A stretch of DNA of 64,000 bases from Giardia intestinalis (taxonomy: Eukaryota), in the NCBI GenBank assembly GCA_000002435.2, contig CM018791.1; one strand, 5' to 3'. Under the pieces are notes generated by a model. It was not told the DNA's origin. It saw only the letters and a program-made list of their open reading frames with translations, and made no database searches. Positions 10,136 through 20,900 of this stretch are shown piece by piece (position 1 is the first letter of the stretch; every line of letters begins with the position of its first letter). The translations under genes and the position numbers were made by a program.

Positions 10136-11089
10136 TTACAGATCAAGGAATTCCGCGAGTATATCAAAGTGACTGGCCGGTTGGCTATCCGCCACGGTAG
10201 AGTTCGTTGTCGACTGCTCAGTTGTGCGGGTAGCACGGAGGTCACAGTCTTGAGATAGGCCAGGCACCGCATCGGGAAAGCTATCTTCGGAGTTTATAGT
10301 TATCGTTCGACACTCCCGCTCATAGGCCAATAATCTATTTATGTGCTGGATCTCTTCCTGGAAGCAGTCATTCCCAGCGCTAGAGTCCGGGCCTTGCTCC
10401 TTTAGAGAGCTCATTCGGGAGTTAAACTCGTCCAGCGCTCTGAGAAGTCCGCTGTGCCTGCTCTTGTAGAGCCGCTTGAAGTACGCCGTAATGCATCGCT
10501 TAGGGCGCGTTGGAAAGTGTATGGCAATAGGATCAAAGCTGATCCCAAATCTGCGGACAAGATCTATGAGCCTCTCTATTTCCGAAACCTTCCACTGGCG
10601 ACCATGGGTAACTAGAAACGTCGAATCATCTGCTTCTTCATAATTCTTTGCTAACCTGTTGGTGCGAAGCCGTGCCTTGATGGCTTCTGCTTCTTTATCA
10701 CGCCGGGACCTGGTGCGGTAATTGATCCCGAGCTTTGTTGGATACTTAACAGCCACCGAGTAGTCATTGGAGTGCTGCTCATCGAACATGACCAAGTAAT
10801 CATCTACGCAATCGTCGTCAAAGTCCAGAAGATTGCCATCGGAAGGGTTGTTATCGTGGGTTCCGGGTACTACATTGGAAAGGTCCGCTTCGGTAGCAAA
10901 GTAGTTCTCTATGTCGAGTAAAGAGCCCTTTTCGCTCTCATCGGGGACTACGTTACGCAACTCGTCGATACTTTGCTGATCACGCTCCCGTGCTTCGCGC
11001 GCCGTGCGACGCCTATAGTCTGCGTAGGCTTCATCTTCCTTCGTATCATAGGCTATCAGGTCAGCAATGCTCATGTGAAGGTTGGGCAT
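10136..11089 (-). CDS. Hypothetical acidic protein with one SANT/Myb-like domain (317 aa)
   Basis: Real ATG. The segment GRQWKVSEIERLIDLVRRFGISFDPIAIHFPTRPKRCITAYFKRL fits the SANT/Myb pattern W..E...L...FG..W..IA.....R....C...Y. The stop lies 14 nt upstream of the next gene's start codon. Confidence 0.6.
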   Translation of the reverse strand: MPNLHMSIADLIAYDTKEDEAYADYRRRTAREARERDQQSIDELRNVVPDESEKGSLLDIENYFATEADLSNVVPGTHDNNPSDGNLLDFDDDCVDDYLVMFDEQHSNDYSVAVKYPTKLGINYRTRSRRDKEAEAIKARLRTNRLAKNYEEADDSTFLVTHGRQWKVSEIERLIDLVRRFGISFDPIAIHFPTRPKRCITAYFKRLYKSRHSGLLRALDEFNSRMSSLKEQGPDSSAGNDCFQEEIQHINRLLAYERECRTITINSEDSFPDAVPGLSQDCDLRATRTTEQSTTNSTVADSQPASHFDILAEFLDL

Positions 11090-11196
11090 TGAATCCTGCC
11101 GTCAAGAATAGCTGTCAATATCGCAATTGAACTCAAGCCAGGATTAAAATAAATGGAAAGACGCACTGAAAAAAATACCAGGTCTGGCGCTACTAC

Positions 11197-12570
11197 ATGT
11201 CCATAAACCCCGATGCACCCCAGTCCAACGGAGAGCAGGAGCGACAGATAGCAATCTGGCAACTAAAGAGAACAATAGAAAAGCTGGAGTCGTACACAGG
11301 ATCTGGAACATCCGTCATCTCTCTCCTAATTCCCCCCGGCGAACAGCTGAGTAGCGTTACTGGGATGCTAACCAATGAGTATGGGACAGCAAGCAATATC
11401 AAATCTCGCGTTAATAAGAACGCTGTGCTCTCGGCGATCACTTCAGCCATGAGCCGCCTTAAGTTGTATAACCGTCTCCCACCGAACGGTCTTGCAGTTT
11501 ACTGCGGCGAGATCGAAGAAGACGGCAAGAACACCAAGGTTGTAATAGACTACACCCCATATAAGCCCATATCAAACTTCATCTACCTTTGTGACAGCAA
11601 GTTCCACACCGAGCACTTGCGCGAGCTTCTCACCAATGACGATACCTTCGGATTCATTATAATGGACGGTAAGGAGACGCTCATGGCCACACTGTCAGGT
11701 ACTGTCAGGACGATTCTGGATCGATTCACCGTAGACCTGCCGAAGAAGCATGGGCGTGGAGGTCAGTCATCGGTTCGCTTTGCTAGGCTTCGTGAGGAAG
11801 CGAGGCACAATTACGTCCGCAAGGTCGCAGAAAGAGCGAACAGCCTTTTCATCAGCTCAGGGCCAACAGGAACTAACAAGCCCATTGTTTCTGGACTCAT
11901 TCTCGGCGGGTCAGCTGATTTCAAGAATGTACTCTCAACCTCCGCCATCTTTGACCAGCGTTTGCAGAGCATAGTCATGAAGCAGATAGACATCAACTAT
12001 GGGGGAGAGCAGGGCTTCAACCAAGCTATCGAAATGGCTGGGGACACACTTAAGGACGTCAAGCTTATTCAGGAGGTCAAGCTCCTTACGGAATTCACAG
12101 AGAACATTGCAAAGGACACCAAGCGCGTCTGTTTCGGAATAACTGACACCATTCGCTGTCTTGAAATGTCTGCAGTTGAGAAGCTAATTGTTTGGGACGA
12201 TCTCCCTTATCACCGGGTCACCCTCCAATGTGTTATCAATGGTGAAACCAGTGCCCCCGTGATAAAGTACCTCTTGAAGTCTCAGATGAGCAACCCAAAG
12301 TACCTAAGAGAGGTCATCAACGGAGAGGAGGTGCAGCTAGACATCATGGGCGATCAGTTACTCTTAGAGTGGTTTGTTGACAACTACAAGAATTATGGCG
12401 CAAGCTTGGAGTTTATAACAAACAGAAGCGCAGAGGGCACCCAGTTCTGCTCTGGATTTGGTGGAATTGGCGGACTCTTAAGGTGGCAGGTGGATCTGGT
12501 AGAGGCAGCAAGGTTTATGCAAGAGAGTGATGAGGACAGTTTCATGGACGATCTCGAGGACTTCATTTAA
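11197..12570 (+). CDS. eRF1: Eukaryotic peptide chain release factor subunit 1 (eRF1)
   Basis: 457 aa carrying the universally conserved GGQ motif (HGRGGQS) and NIKS motif (TASNIKS). The eRF1 domain 1/2/3 order is collinear. AGTAAAT lies 7 nt after the stop. Confidence 0.95.
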   Translation: MSINPDAPQSNGEQERQIAIWQLKRTIEKLESYTGSGTSVISLLIPPGEQLSSVTGMLTNEYGTASNIKSRVNKNAVLSAITSAMSRLKLYNRLPPNGLAVYCGEIEEDGKNTKVVIDYTPYKPISNFIYLCDSKFHTEHLRELLTNDDTFGFIIMDGKETLMATLSGTVRTILDRFTVDLPKKHGRGGQSSVRFARLREEARHNYVRKVAERANSLFISSGPTGTNKPIVSGLILGGSADFKNVLSTSAIFDQRLQSIVMKQIDINYGGEQGFNQAIEMAGDTLKDVKLIQEVKLLTEFTENIAKDTKRVCFGITDTIRCLEMSAVEKLIVWDDLPYHRVTLQCVINGETSAPVIKYLLKSQMSNPKYLREVINGEEVQLDIMGDQLLLEWFVDNYKNYGASLEFITNRSAEGTQFCSGFGGIGGLLRWQVDLVEAARFMQESDEDSFMDDLEDFI

Positions 12571-12576
12571 CTTAGT

Positions 12577-12583
12577 AGTAAAT
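12577..12583 (+). promoter_or_regulatory. Putative polyadenylation signal AGTAAAT for eRF1
   Basis: Matches the diplomonad AGTRAAY consensus, 7 nt downstream of the TAA stop. Confidence 0.5.
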
Positions 12584-12628
12584 GCTACAGCCAGCACAGC
12601 CCCTAATACAGGAGTATTACCAGAGGTA

Positions 12629-13735
12629 TTACTCTGCAGCGTCTATTATTCCCTCTGCGGCTATGCTGTAGGATGCTTCTCCTTCCGCAAGAGACGGTGA
12701 GTCATAAATCTTAGCAACACGAGTATCTCCGCGGCCCTTGCGGAGGTACAAACGGGTGGTGCTGGCGTGGGCGAGGATGTGACCCCCAATCGGCTTCTTG
12801 GGATCGGCAGTGAACATCGCTGCACCGTCAACCTGCGCCATGACCTGATTAGTAACAAAAACGGCGAGGTTGAATTCGTCTGCAAGCTTTGCTAGGCCAG
12901 AAAGGTGTTGCCCGAGCTTCTGTTGCCTATCTGCAAGTTCTCCCCTGCCTGTGAAGTCCACCCTGAACAGCGCTGTGAGTGAGTCGACAATCACCAAAGA
13001 AAACTGATTCTCTACCATCAGCTTTGGTAACGCAGTAATGCACTCTATTTGCTGCTCATGTGTGTACACTCTTGCGACCATGATGTTATCCAATGCTTTT
13101 TTGGGGTTGAGCCCGAACCGCTCAGCAATGGGAGCAACCTTCTCTGGCCGAAAAGTGCCCTCCGTGTCTATGTAAACGGTCTTGCCTCCACCGCCGCCCT
13201 TGCTGACTGGAAGCTGGGCCGTAACGGCAAGTGTGTGACACAGCTGCGTCTTTCCAGTACGAAATTCCCCAAACACTTCAGTAATCGACATGGTCTCAAC
13301 TCCACCACCCAGCAGTGCATTGAAATCCGCACAGCCCGTGGATAGTCGCTTCACCTGCTGTCTTTTCTTGAGGGCTTCGCTGCCCGTGATGAATGTCTTC
13401 CCACACATCTCGGTTGCGACAGATAAGATCTTGTCGACTTTGGCCTCAGATATCCCCTTCACGTTTCCAAGAGCCTTTTTCGTGTGCATAAGAAGCGACT
13501 GAATTGTGTGAATCCCTGCCTCCTTGAGGCGCTTAATATCCATTGTTGCAATTCCACTCTTTGTAAGGTCGTCTATCGGGCTGACTATGTGCTTGGTTTG
13601 AGTGACATCTGCCATCGTCAAGTCCCCCTCCGTAGCCTCCTCTGTACCTGCAGAGGCTGCATCTACCACATCCGTCGCCTCAGTGCCCTCCGTAACGTCA
13701 CTCTCACTAACTTCAGCAGCTTTCCTGGGAGGCAT
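12629..13735 (-). CDS. Rad51/Dmc1-family strand-exchange recombinase (369 aa from first ATG)
   Basis: Walker A GEFRTGKTQ, Walker B LVIVDS and the RecA-fold core (TEGTFRPE, HASTTRLYLRKGRG) are present. The N-terminal HhH region is present. The track ORF is extended 31 codons upstream through an AT-rich leader, and the first ATG is at 13735. The Dmc1-versus-Rad51 subtype cannot be assigned by eye. Confidence 0.9.
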   Translation of the reverse strand: MPPRKAAEVSESDVTEGTEATDVVDAASAGTEEATEGDLTMADVTQTKHIVSPIDDLTKSGIATMDIKRLKEAGIHTIQSLLMHTKKALGNVKGISEAKVDKILSVATEMCGKTFITGSEALKKRQQVKRLSTGCADFNALLGGGVETMSITEVFGEFRTGKTQLCHTLAVTAQLPVSKGGGGGKTVYIDTEGTFRPEKVAPIAERFGLNPKKALDNIMVARVYTHEQQIECITALPKLMVENQFSLVIVDSLTALFRVDFTGRGELADRQQKLGQHLSGLAKLADEFNLAVFVTNQVMAQVDGAAMFTADPKKPIGGHILAHASTTRLYLRKGRGDTRVAKIYDSPSLAEGEASYSIAAEGIIDAAE

Positions 13736-13775
13736 GTCTTGGACTTTCAAATAAATTAAAAACCCAAAGAATTGG
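13736..13775. promoter_or_regulatory. 40-bp AT-rich bidirectional promoter/initiator region between the recombinase (-) and the CBS-domain gene (+)
   Basis: Only 40 nt (gtcttggactttcaaataaattaaaaacccaaagaattgg) separate two divergent real ATGs. It contains an A/T-rich core typical of diplomonad initiators. Confidence 0.5.
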
Positions 13776-14840
13776 ATGGAAATACACGAGGACTTGAAGC
13801 CGATATCTGACTTCTTGAAGCAGTACACAGCCTATGATGTAATGCCCACCAGTGCGAAGTGCATTGTCATCGAGTCTGGAATTAGCGTCTACCGGGCGTA
13901 TCGAATAATGGGCGAGAACAGGACCTCCGTTGCCTATATTTGGCACGCCACGAACCAAACATTAATAGGTGTCTTGACCATTAACGATATAATGTCTGCC
14001 ATATTATCCCTTCATAAGTATTTCTTTGGGCAGAACAAGGTGCAGGACGTACAAACATTTATGCGATCTGTTTATCCTCAGGCCCTCCAGATCCATGAAA
14101 ATATAACGATACTCCACCTACTTAACTATGTAACCATTAATTCCATCAAATCGGGAGGTACATTTCTGCACGCTCCTCCAGAAATTACGCTATTTGATAC
14201 GCTGAGGTTGCTCAGGTCCCACTCTGTGCACAGATTGCCAATCATTGATGACGGTGGCAGTGTTCTTTGTAGCATGACATACAGGAGCCTTTGCAAATTT
14301 CTGGTCGGCAAGTTCCGCTTGCCATCCAAGATCCTCCAAACCCCGGTTCTATCCTTAATATCAGGGGATCGCTCCCCTTGTGTCGTTCGACCTGAGAGCA
14401 CCTTTGAAGAGGCTCTAGAGCAGATGCTTGCGCACCATCTCTCCAGTATACCCGTGGTGAACGCCGAGACACAAGAAATAATAGAAGTCTTTAGCAAGTA
14501 CGATGTGGCGGCGCTATCTATGACACCAGAAAACATCTCGTTGGACGCCCGGGTTATTGATTTGATAAACACTAGACCGCCACAGGTAGAGGGACTTAGC
14601 TTGATGCCAGAGACAGCTACTTGTGGAGATATACTCAAGGAGATTGCCACAAGGAATATCCATCGTGTTGTGTTGGTTGACGAGGCAACACGCAAGCATA
14701 TAGTCGCGGTTGTCTCTCTTAGGCATATCCTTGATTTCATGTCTGACACTATTGCCTCGGAGAAACTAAAACCAATCGAGCAAATAACCCTGCAGTCAAC
14801 TATAAGTGCATGCCCCACAGATAGTGACCAGTCTCTTTAG
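13776..14840 (+). CDS. CBS-domain protein, AMPK gamma/SNF4-like regulatory subunit (354 aa)
   Basis: Four CBS-like units. The N-terminal segment FLKQYTAYDVMPTSAKCIVIES...LIGVLTINDIM parallels the Snf4/AMPK-gamma Bateman-domain pattern. The size matches the gamma subunit family. Confidence 0.7.
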   Translation: MEIHEDLKPISDFLKQYTAYDVMPTSAKCIVIESGISVYRAYRIMGENRTSVAYIWHATNQTLIGVLTINDIMSAILSLHKYFFGQNKVQDVQTFMRSVYPQALQIHENITILHLLNYVTINSIKSGGTFLHAPPEITLFDTLRLLRSHSVHRLPIIDDGGSVLCSMTYRSLCKFLVGKFRLPSKILQTPVLSLISGDRSPCVVRPESTFEEALEQMLAHHLSSIPVVNAETQEIIEVFSKYDVAALSMTPENISLDARVIDLINTRPPQVEGLSLMPETATCGDILKEIATRNIHRVVLVDEATRKHIVAVVSLRHILDFMSDTIASEKLKPIEQITLQSTISACPTDSDQSL

Positions 14841-14907
14841 TGTAGCAGCATAACCTGCAATCTGTAAACCTCAGTGGAGAGAATGTGTGCTTCTCTATTG
14901 ATGCAGA

Positions 14908-17900
14908 CTATGTGTACTTACCTATGAGCTCGTCAATGTCTGTGTCTACGCATAATTCGTGACTGTTGCTCAGGATGTCCACGGTGTCTACAACATTAAT
15001 ACCTTCTTCCTCTACTCCAAGCGTGTTAGGAAGGCTTGGTTGCAGCACAGAACTAGCAACCTCTAATTCTTGTAGATTAGTATCCACATCTATTACATTA
15101 ATAGATGCAGATATCTGTGACGAATTGTCATTTGCATATGTCTCAATAAGAGAGTTAACATCCGGTGGAAGATCTAAGTCCTTATAAATATCTATTTGTG
15201 GTGCCCCTTTGCCAGCAGGTTTCACGCCCACAGCACAGTTCCCAGCTTGCAATCTAGTTGCCTGATTGGCCTGCGTAATGGGCCTGTAAGGTGGCAAAGA
15301 TGATGTTGTGACACTCGCTGAACCGGCTAGATCAACTACAGAGTCAGAAATGGTCAGCCCTGAGTCTATTTCGCCTCCTGTTCTGCTCTGCAACGCCGAG
15401 AGGGTCACCGGTGCATCATTTGTAGGGTACTGTTGGTGTAAGATGTGTGGCGGAAGAGACGCTTGTTGAGGTAATCCTTGCTGGACGGTCGCGGTAGTGG
15501 ACAGGCGCATAGCTGAAGGTAAAGGCGGAAATGCTCCACTGGCAGGGACAGGTGTCAGAGTAGAAGAAGGAGTGGACTGGAACTGTACACGTGCTTGCTT
15601 GTGCATAGTTTGAGCCTCAAGAACTGCCAATCGCTCCATTAAACGTTCGTTTTCGAACTGTAGCTTGGAAATTTCGTTAACGTGTAAAGAAACAGCGGTT
15701 TCTACCCCAAGCTTCTCTCTCTGTAGCTCTTGGATGCGTCTATCATAGTCGAGCATCATGGTCTGGAGGTCTAGCTGATGTTTCGAAGACTGTTGCTCAA
15801 GGGAAAGGTGCGCGTCGTGGTTCTGCTGTGTGATCTCTCGTAATTCCATCCGCAGGTTGGTGATCTCTTGCGTTAGCTGTGCTTTCTCCTCCGTCAACCT
15901 CTTCTTTGACTCAGTGGACCTCAAGAGCTCGGAGGATAGCTTGCGCAGCTCCTCCTCATAGGTTTCCTTAATCTGCTCAAGGGCATCCTCCTGGTCTTTG
16001 AGCGAGCGTCCAGAGGCAGTCATGCTTTCCATTAAGTCCTTCGAAAGATTTTGTCTCTGCGCAAGCACTTCCTTCTGGTTGGCTACTGTCATACTTAACT
16101 CCTCCTTCTCTTCCGTGAGGATTTTGATGCGGTTGCTAGCAATTGCGAGATCACTTTCTAACCGAGTAGCACGGGTTTGCTCTGTGATATAATCCGAGTT
16201 TAAATTGGCAACCTGCTTATTTAAAGCTTCATTCTCCATCCTCATGTCATCAAGTTGTGATCGTAACTGTTTCAATTCCACTTCAATCTTCTCTTTGCTG
16301 ATTGCGATAAACTTCATCTCATCAGCTGTGGCTCTGCAGTCTTCTTCACTATCCCTCAGACGCTCCTTGAGAAGGTCAATCTCTCGCTGTGCCTCTGTGC
16401 AGGAGGCCAGCTTTACTTTGCAAGCGGTGAGTTCTGTTCTTACTGTCTCGAAATCTCTGCTCACCTCTTCGCTTGCGCTCTTGAATGCTGCGTACTCGCT
16501 GCTGAGAGAGTCCTTATCATTGGTTAACCGTGCAATGTCTAACTTCTGTGTTTCTCCCCACAACTGAAGCCTCTCTATTTCCGCCTGGAGGGCTATTTGC
16601 TTTGTCACCAGGTCTGAATTCTCCTGCTGGAGCTTTACGCCCTTGGCCCGCAGGGCGTCCTTTTCTGCAGTCAAGTGCGAGACCTCGGCCTCTGCCGTCT
16701 TGAGAGAAGACTCCTGCTCCATTACTGTCATCTCCATCTTGGATATGTCTCGTGTAGCTTTCGTAAACGATGCTGTAACAGAATTTAGCTTATCTATAAG
16801 GTCCTTGACTTTAGCTGTCAGTTCCACTTTCTCTTGTGTGACTATTCCAAGGTTCTCTTTCAGGAGGTCGAGTGCGGCGTTCTTCTCGGCTACCATCTGT
16901 TTCATGGAGCTCTCAGAGCCATCGATTCGTAGTAACTGGGCTTCCAGCTCTACAATTCTAGCTGTCTTTTCTGCCAATTGCTGAGCAAGAAGGCTCAGTT
17001 CGCTTTCCTTTGCCAGTAGTAGGGCCTCCTTGTCTTGAACGGAGGACAGCAACTCCGTACACTTCTCATTAAGGCCACCAATTTGTTGCTTTTGGTCAGC
17101 GACAACAGAAGTGAGATTTGCATTTGCATGTGATAAGCGCAATATTTCATGCTCTGCCTCAGACATCTTGGCATGGGCCTCTGCAACGCCATTAATCGCG
17201 GCCTGATAATTCTCCTGCAAGGTCTCTAACTGTTTTCGAAGAATACCTGCCTCTTCTGCTGCGGTCGAGAGCTCCTGATGCTTCTCTTGAAGTGACACCC
17301 TCTCTCGATCTCCATCTGCGCATTGTTCAAGCAGAATTGAATACTCTCCGGATAACTTCGTGTACTGTGCAGTCATATCTGCGCTATGCGCCTTGGCTTG
17401 CTTGAGCTCTAGAATAGCCTGCTCGTTAAGTGTCTTGAGGTTCTGAATCACCATATCGAACTTCTTTATCATGACGTCCAGCATCCGAAGGATTGCTATG
17501 CGGTCCAGAATAATGGACTGCTCGCCTTCCTTTTTCTCCCAAGATGACTCTGTGGCGTCGCCTTCTTTGGTACTGAAAGAGACGGACTTCTGCGACTTAG
17601 CTAGGACTATCTGGCTGGTTGGCTGCTTCATTGATCCACCCAGAGCAGCACCATCACTGACTGAGCGGAATGGATTGAACGAGCTTGCTTTGATATAATT
17701 TGATGTACTTTTACCCACACCTTCTGCCTTGAGAGGCCCTACCAATCCCTCGCTATTAAGAGAGTACGTTAATACAAAGCTAGTAGTCGCGAGTGCACTT
17801 CTTGTCACGGCTTTTCCACCAGATACAATGGAAATAGAATCTAGTTGATATTCTAATTTGTATGCATTATAAAGGAGAACGATCTTGTCAAATAGAGAGT

Positions 17901-20900
17901 GCAAATCTGTTTCTCGCTCATCAACCAGACGGCCCTTCTCTCTAATTTCTGAAGCCCAGCGCTCTTCAGCTTCCTTGAGCAAACATCGCGTGTTCTCGTA
18001 CTCTATGCTTAGCGAATTAAACTCTTTGAGAGTCACTGTGTACTGATCTTCCTTTTCTTTGAGTTTCTCTTCTAGTGCTATAACTGTGTTAGACTCGGTA
18101 ATGTTGGCATCCTGCAGCTTAATCGTTAATAGCTTGTTATTGTCCTCAAGCGCCTTTACCTTGTGGTTCAGCTCTGAGGCCAGGGAGTCTGCAATGTAGT
18201 ACTCTGAACTTAGTCTAGATATCTCTGCTTTAGCCCTTTCTAACTCCATTGCCTTCTCAGCCGCCTCTTCACTGACAACAGACACCCTCTGCTCTAGCTG
18301 CACAATGAAGCCACACTTTTCTTCATAGTCTGTCTGCAGTGCTCCAAACGCGGATGAAAGGTTGTTGTGCTCATCTATAAGATTATTCAGATCTGCTTGC
18401 AGAGTACTTGCAAGAATTGTGCACTGGACAGCTTGAGCCCTGGCTACTGTCTTCTTTACGGGGAGAGACCCTGCTAGCTGTGGCGATCTAACAGTGACAG
18501 GATCATCTACATAATTTAGTGATCGACTTTTGCGAGAATTATCTTTTGGTGGCATGGCATTCTGAAATTCATCCACTGAATTACGAACGCTTTTGACGGT
18601 CATGGTTTGTATCCCTGGACTGCCTATTGTTGGTGTTGTAGGATAGTCAGATGTATTAGCCTTCCGTTGACTGCCGATCTCACTAGTCCTCTGAGATGGC
18701 TGAACTAACATGAGTGATGCTGTCAGCGTATCGTTGCGGCTGCGCTCAAACTCAACTTGGCGCTGCAGATCTTCCACTTTGGACTCCAGAGTCTCTTGCT
18801 TCAATTTCCAGTCCTGCTCTGTTTTTCTGATCTGCTCCTCCATTACTCTTCTCTCCTGCTCGGCTGCTACCTGGTACTGATGCTTCATTACCAAGTACTC
18901 CTCAGACTGGCTCTGTATCTCTTGACGCATCTTTGCATCCTGTGTTCTCAACGACTCTTCTGCCAAAGTAAGCCTGTCCACTAGTTGTCTTATCTCAGCA
19001 TCCTTCTCACCAATCACCACCTCTACCTCCTTCCTTGCCTTCTCAAGCAGACCCTTGTTCGCTGTAGCCTCTGTGTAATCCGTCTCTAGAGCTTTGTATT
19101 GAGCCACCAATTGCTCGTGGCTGGCTGTAAGCGACTCATACTTTTTGTGAGCGTTGCTCAATGCGACAGTGATTGTCTTATTTCGTTCCTGGAGCCTTGT
19201 GATTGCATTTGTTTGGTCTTCGCGGCTCTCAGAAAAGGCGGAAAGTTGCTGTTCAAGGTCGAGGTACGCTTGCTGCTGAACGCCTGCATCAATCTCCATG
19301 CGAGTAAGTTTCTCCTGAAGTGATTGAATAGTCGACTTGTATGATGTAATGGTTGTGTTGGCGTTTGCAAGCTCCATGTCCTTGTTCTCTAGCCTGATGA
19401 TTGTCAGCTCCAATTCCCCGATACGGGACACCTTTTCTGCACCATCTCGTTTAGCTTTTGTTAAGTCTTCCTGGAGTGTTGTGATAGCAGACTGTAGCTT
19501 TGACACTGTCCGTTTGGACTCTTCCAGCTCTGACTGGCACGCACTTATAGTGGCCATCTTCTTATCTAGCTCCCCCTCGAGCTCTATATGAGCCTTTAGC
19601 GCTGACGCCTTTTCATCTGTCAATCTCTTTAGGGACGTAGCCAGTTCAGAAGACTTAGCCTTGATAGCCTCGTAGCTAGCCAGCAAGTCGGCATTTTTCG
19701 CTGTGAGCAAGCTTATCTCTGCGCGGTGCTCATGCTCGAGTTTGTTATACTTTTGTTTGATGCTTGAAAGCTCTACTTCCCGCTCCATAAGCTGCTTCTT
19801 TGTCGCCTGCGATGTTATGACGTCATCGGACGCCTTAAAACCCTCAAACTCCCTATATAATTGGTCCCTATCCTCTTCCAGCTTTTTGTTCAATTGAGTA
19901 AGCTCTTGTACCTTCTGTCGCTGCTCACTTATTATAACATCTCGTTGCGAAAGTTGCTCCTGAGCTTGGGTGAATGATTGAATAGACTGAGCTAGCTTTT
20001 GTTCTAATTCCTGCAGAGCTTCTCTTCTATTAGCTTCACTCTTGCGTACCTGATGAATCTCCTCGCTGAGCTTTTGGTTTGTTTCCGACAGCGAAAGACC
20101 ATAGTTATATGCATCTGTGTATTGAGCTTTCAGTGTCTCGTACGTGACCTCTAAGCATCGGGCTTTTTCCTCCTCCTTTGCAAGGGCATTAAGTAGCTCC
20201 TTACGCTCTGCTGCCTGTCTTTCTGCATCTATGCTATGTTGTTTCAGCTGGGATTCCTGGAGCGAGAGCTTAGTCAGCAGGTCATTATGCTCTACTGTCA
20301 GCTTCCCGTGCTGCTTCTGGATTTGTAGGCTCTCCTCGCGCAGCGTGTTAAAGGAGTCATGCTGAAGTTGAAGTTCATGCTTCAATTCCTGTATCTGAGA
20401 GGCTAAGCCAGAACATTTCCGCTCATACCCTTCAGTTAGCTGTGCCTTTCCACGCTCGTATACACTGGCATTGGACTCATGGTGAGCTAGCTGTGCCTGA
20501 GCGCTTTCATAGCTCTTGCTTAATGATGCATGCTGTTCACGGAGGTGATCAAGCTCCTGTTTAAGGGCTTCACAAGTGGAGTTAAGTGATGCAATTTGAA
20601 TGTTCAGTGAACCTAACTCTGAGGAAGCCTGCACCAAATGTGCGTCTTTTTCCTTTAGCCGTTTAGCGTACGTTTCAATAGTATCTGTCGCCTCTGCCAG
20701 TTCTGACTGTAAGCGAGCCTGACCAGCCTTGGCGCGGGACAGCTCCCCATTCAGGCTGGCAATCGACTCTTCGTTGGCTCTGTCAGCTGCAGACACGTCT
20801 CCCAGCGCTCTTTCTGCATTGAACCTTCGCTCGTTAGCTTTGCGAAGCTCTTCATGAAGTTTATCCGTCTGAAGAACGGCGTCAGAGAGCTGCTGCGAGA

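Noticed and set aside
14126-14818. 230-aa minus-strand ORF overlapping the CBS/AMPK-gamma-like gene
   Set aside because: It is fully contained antisense within a gene with clear domain homology. It has no initiator context and an odd composition, so it is spurious.
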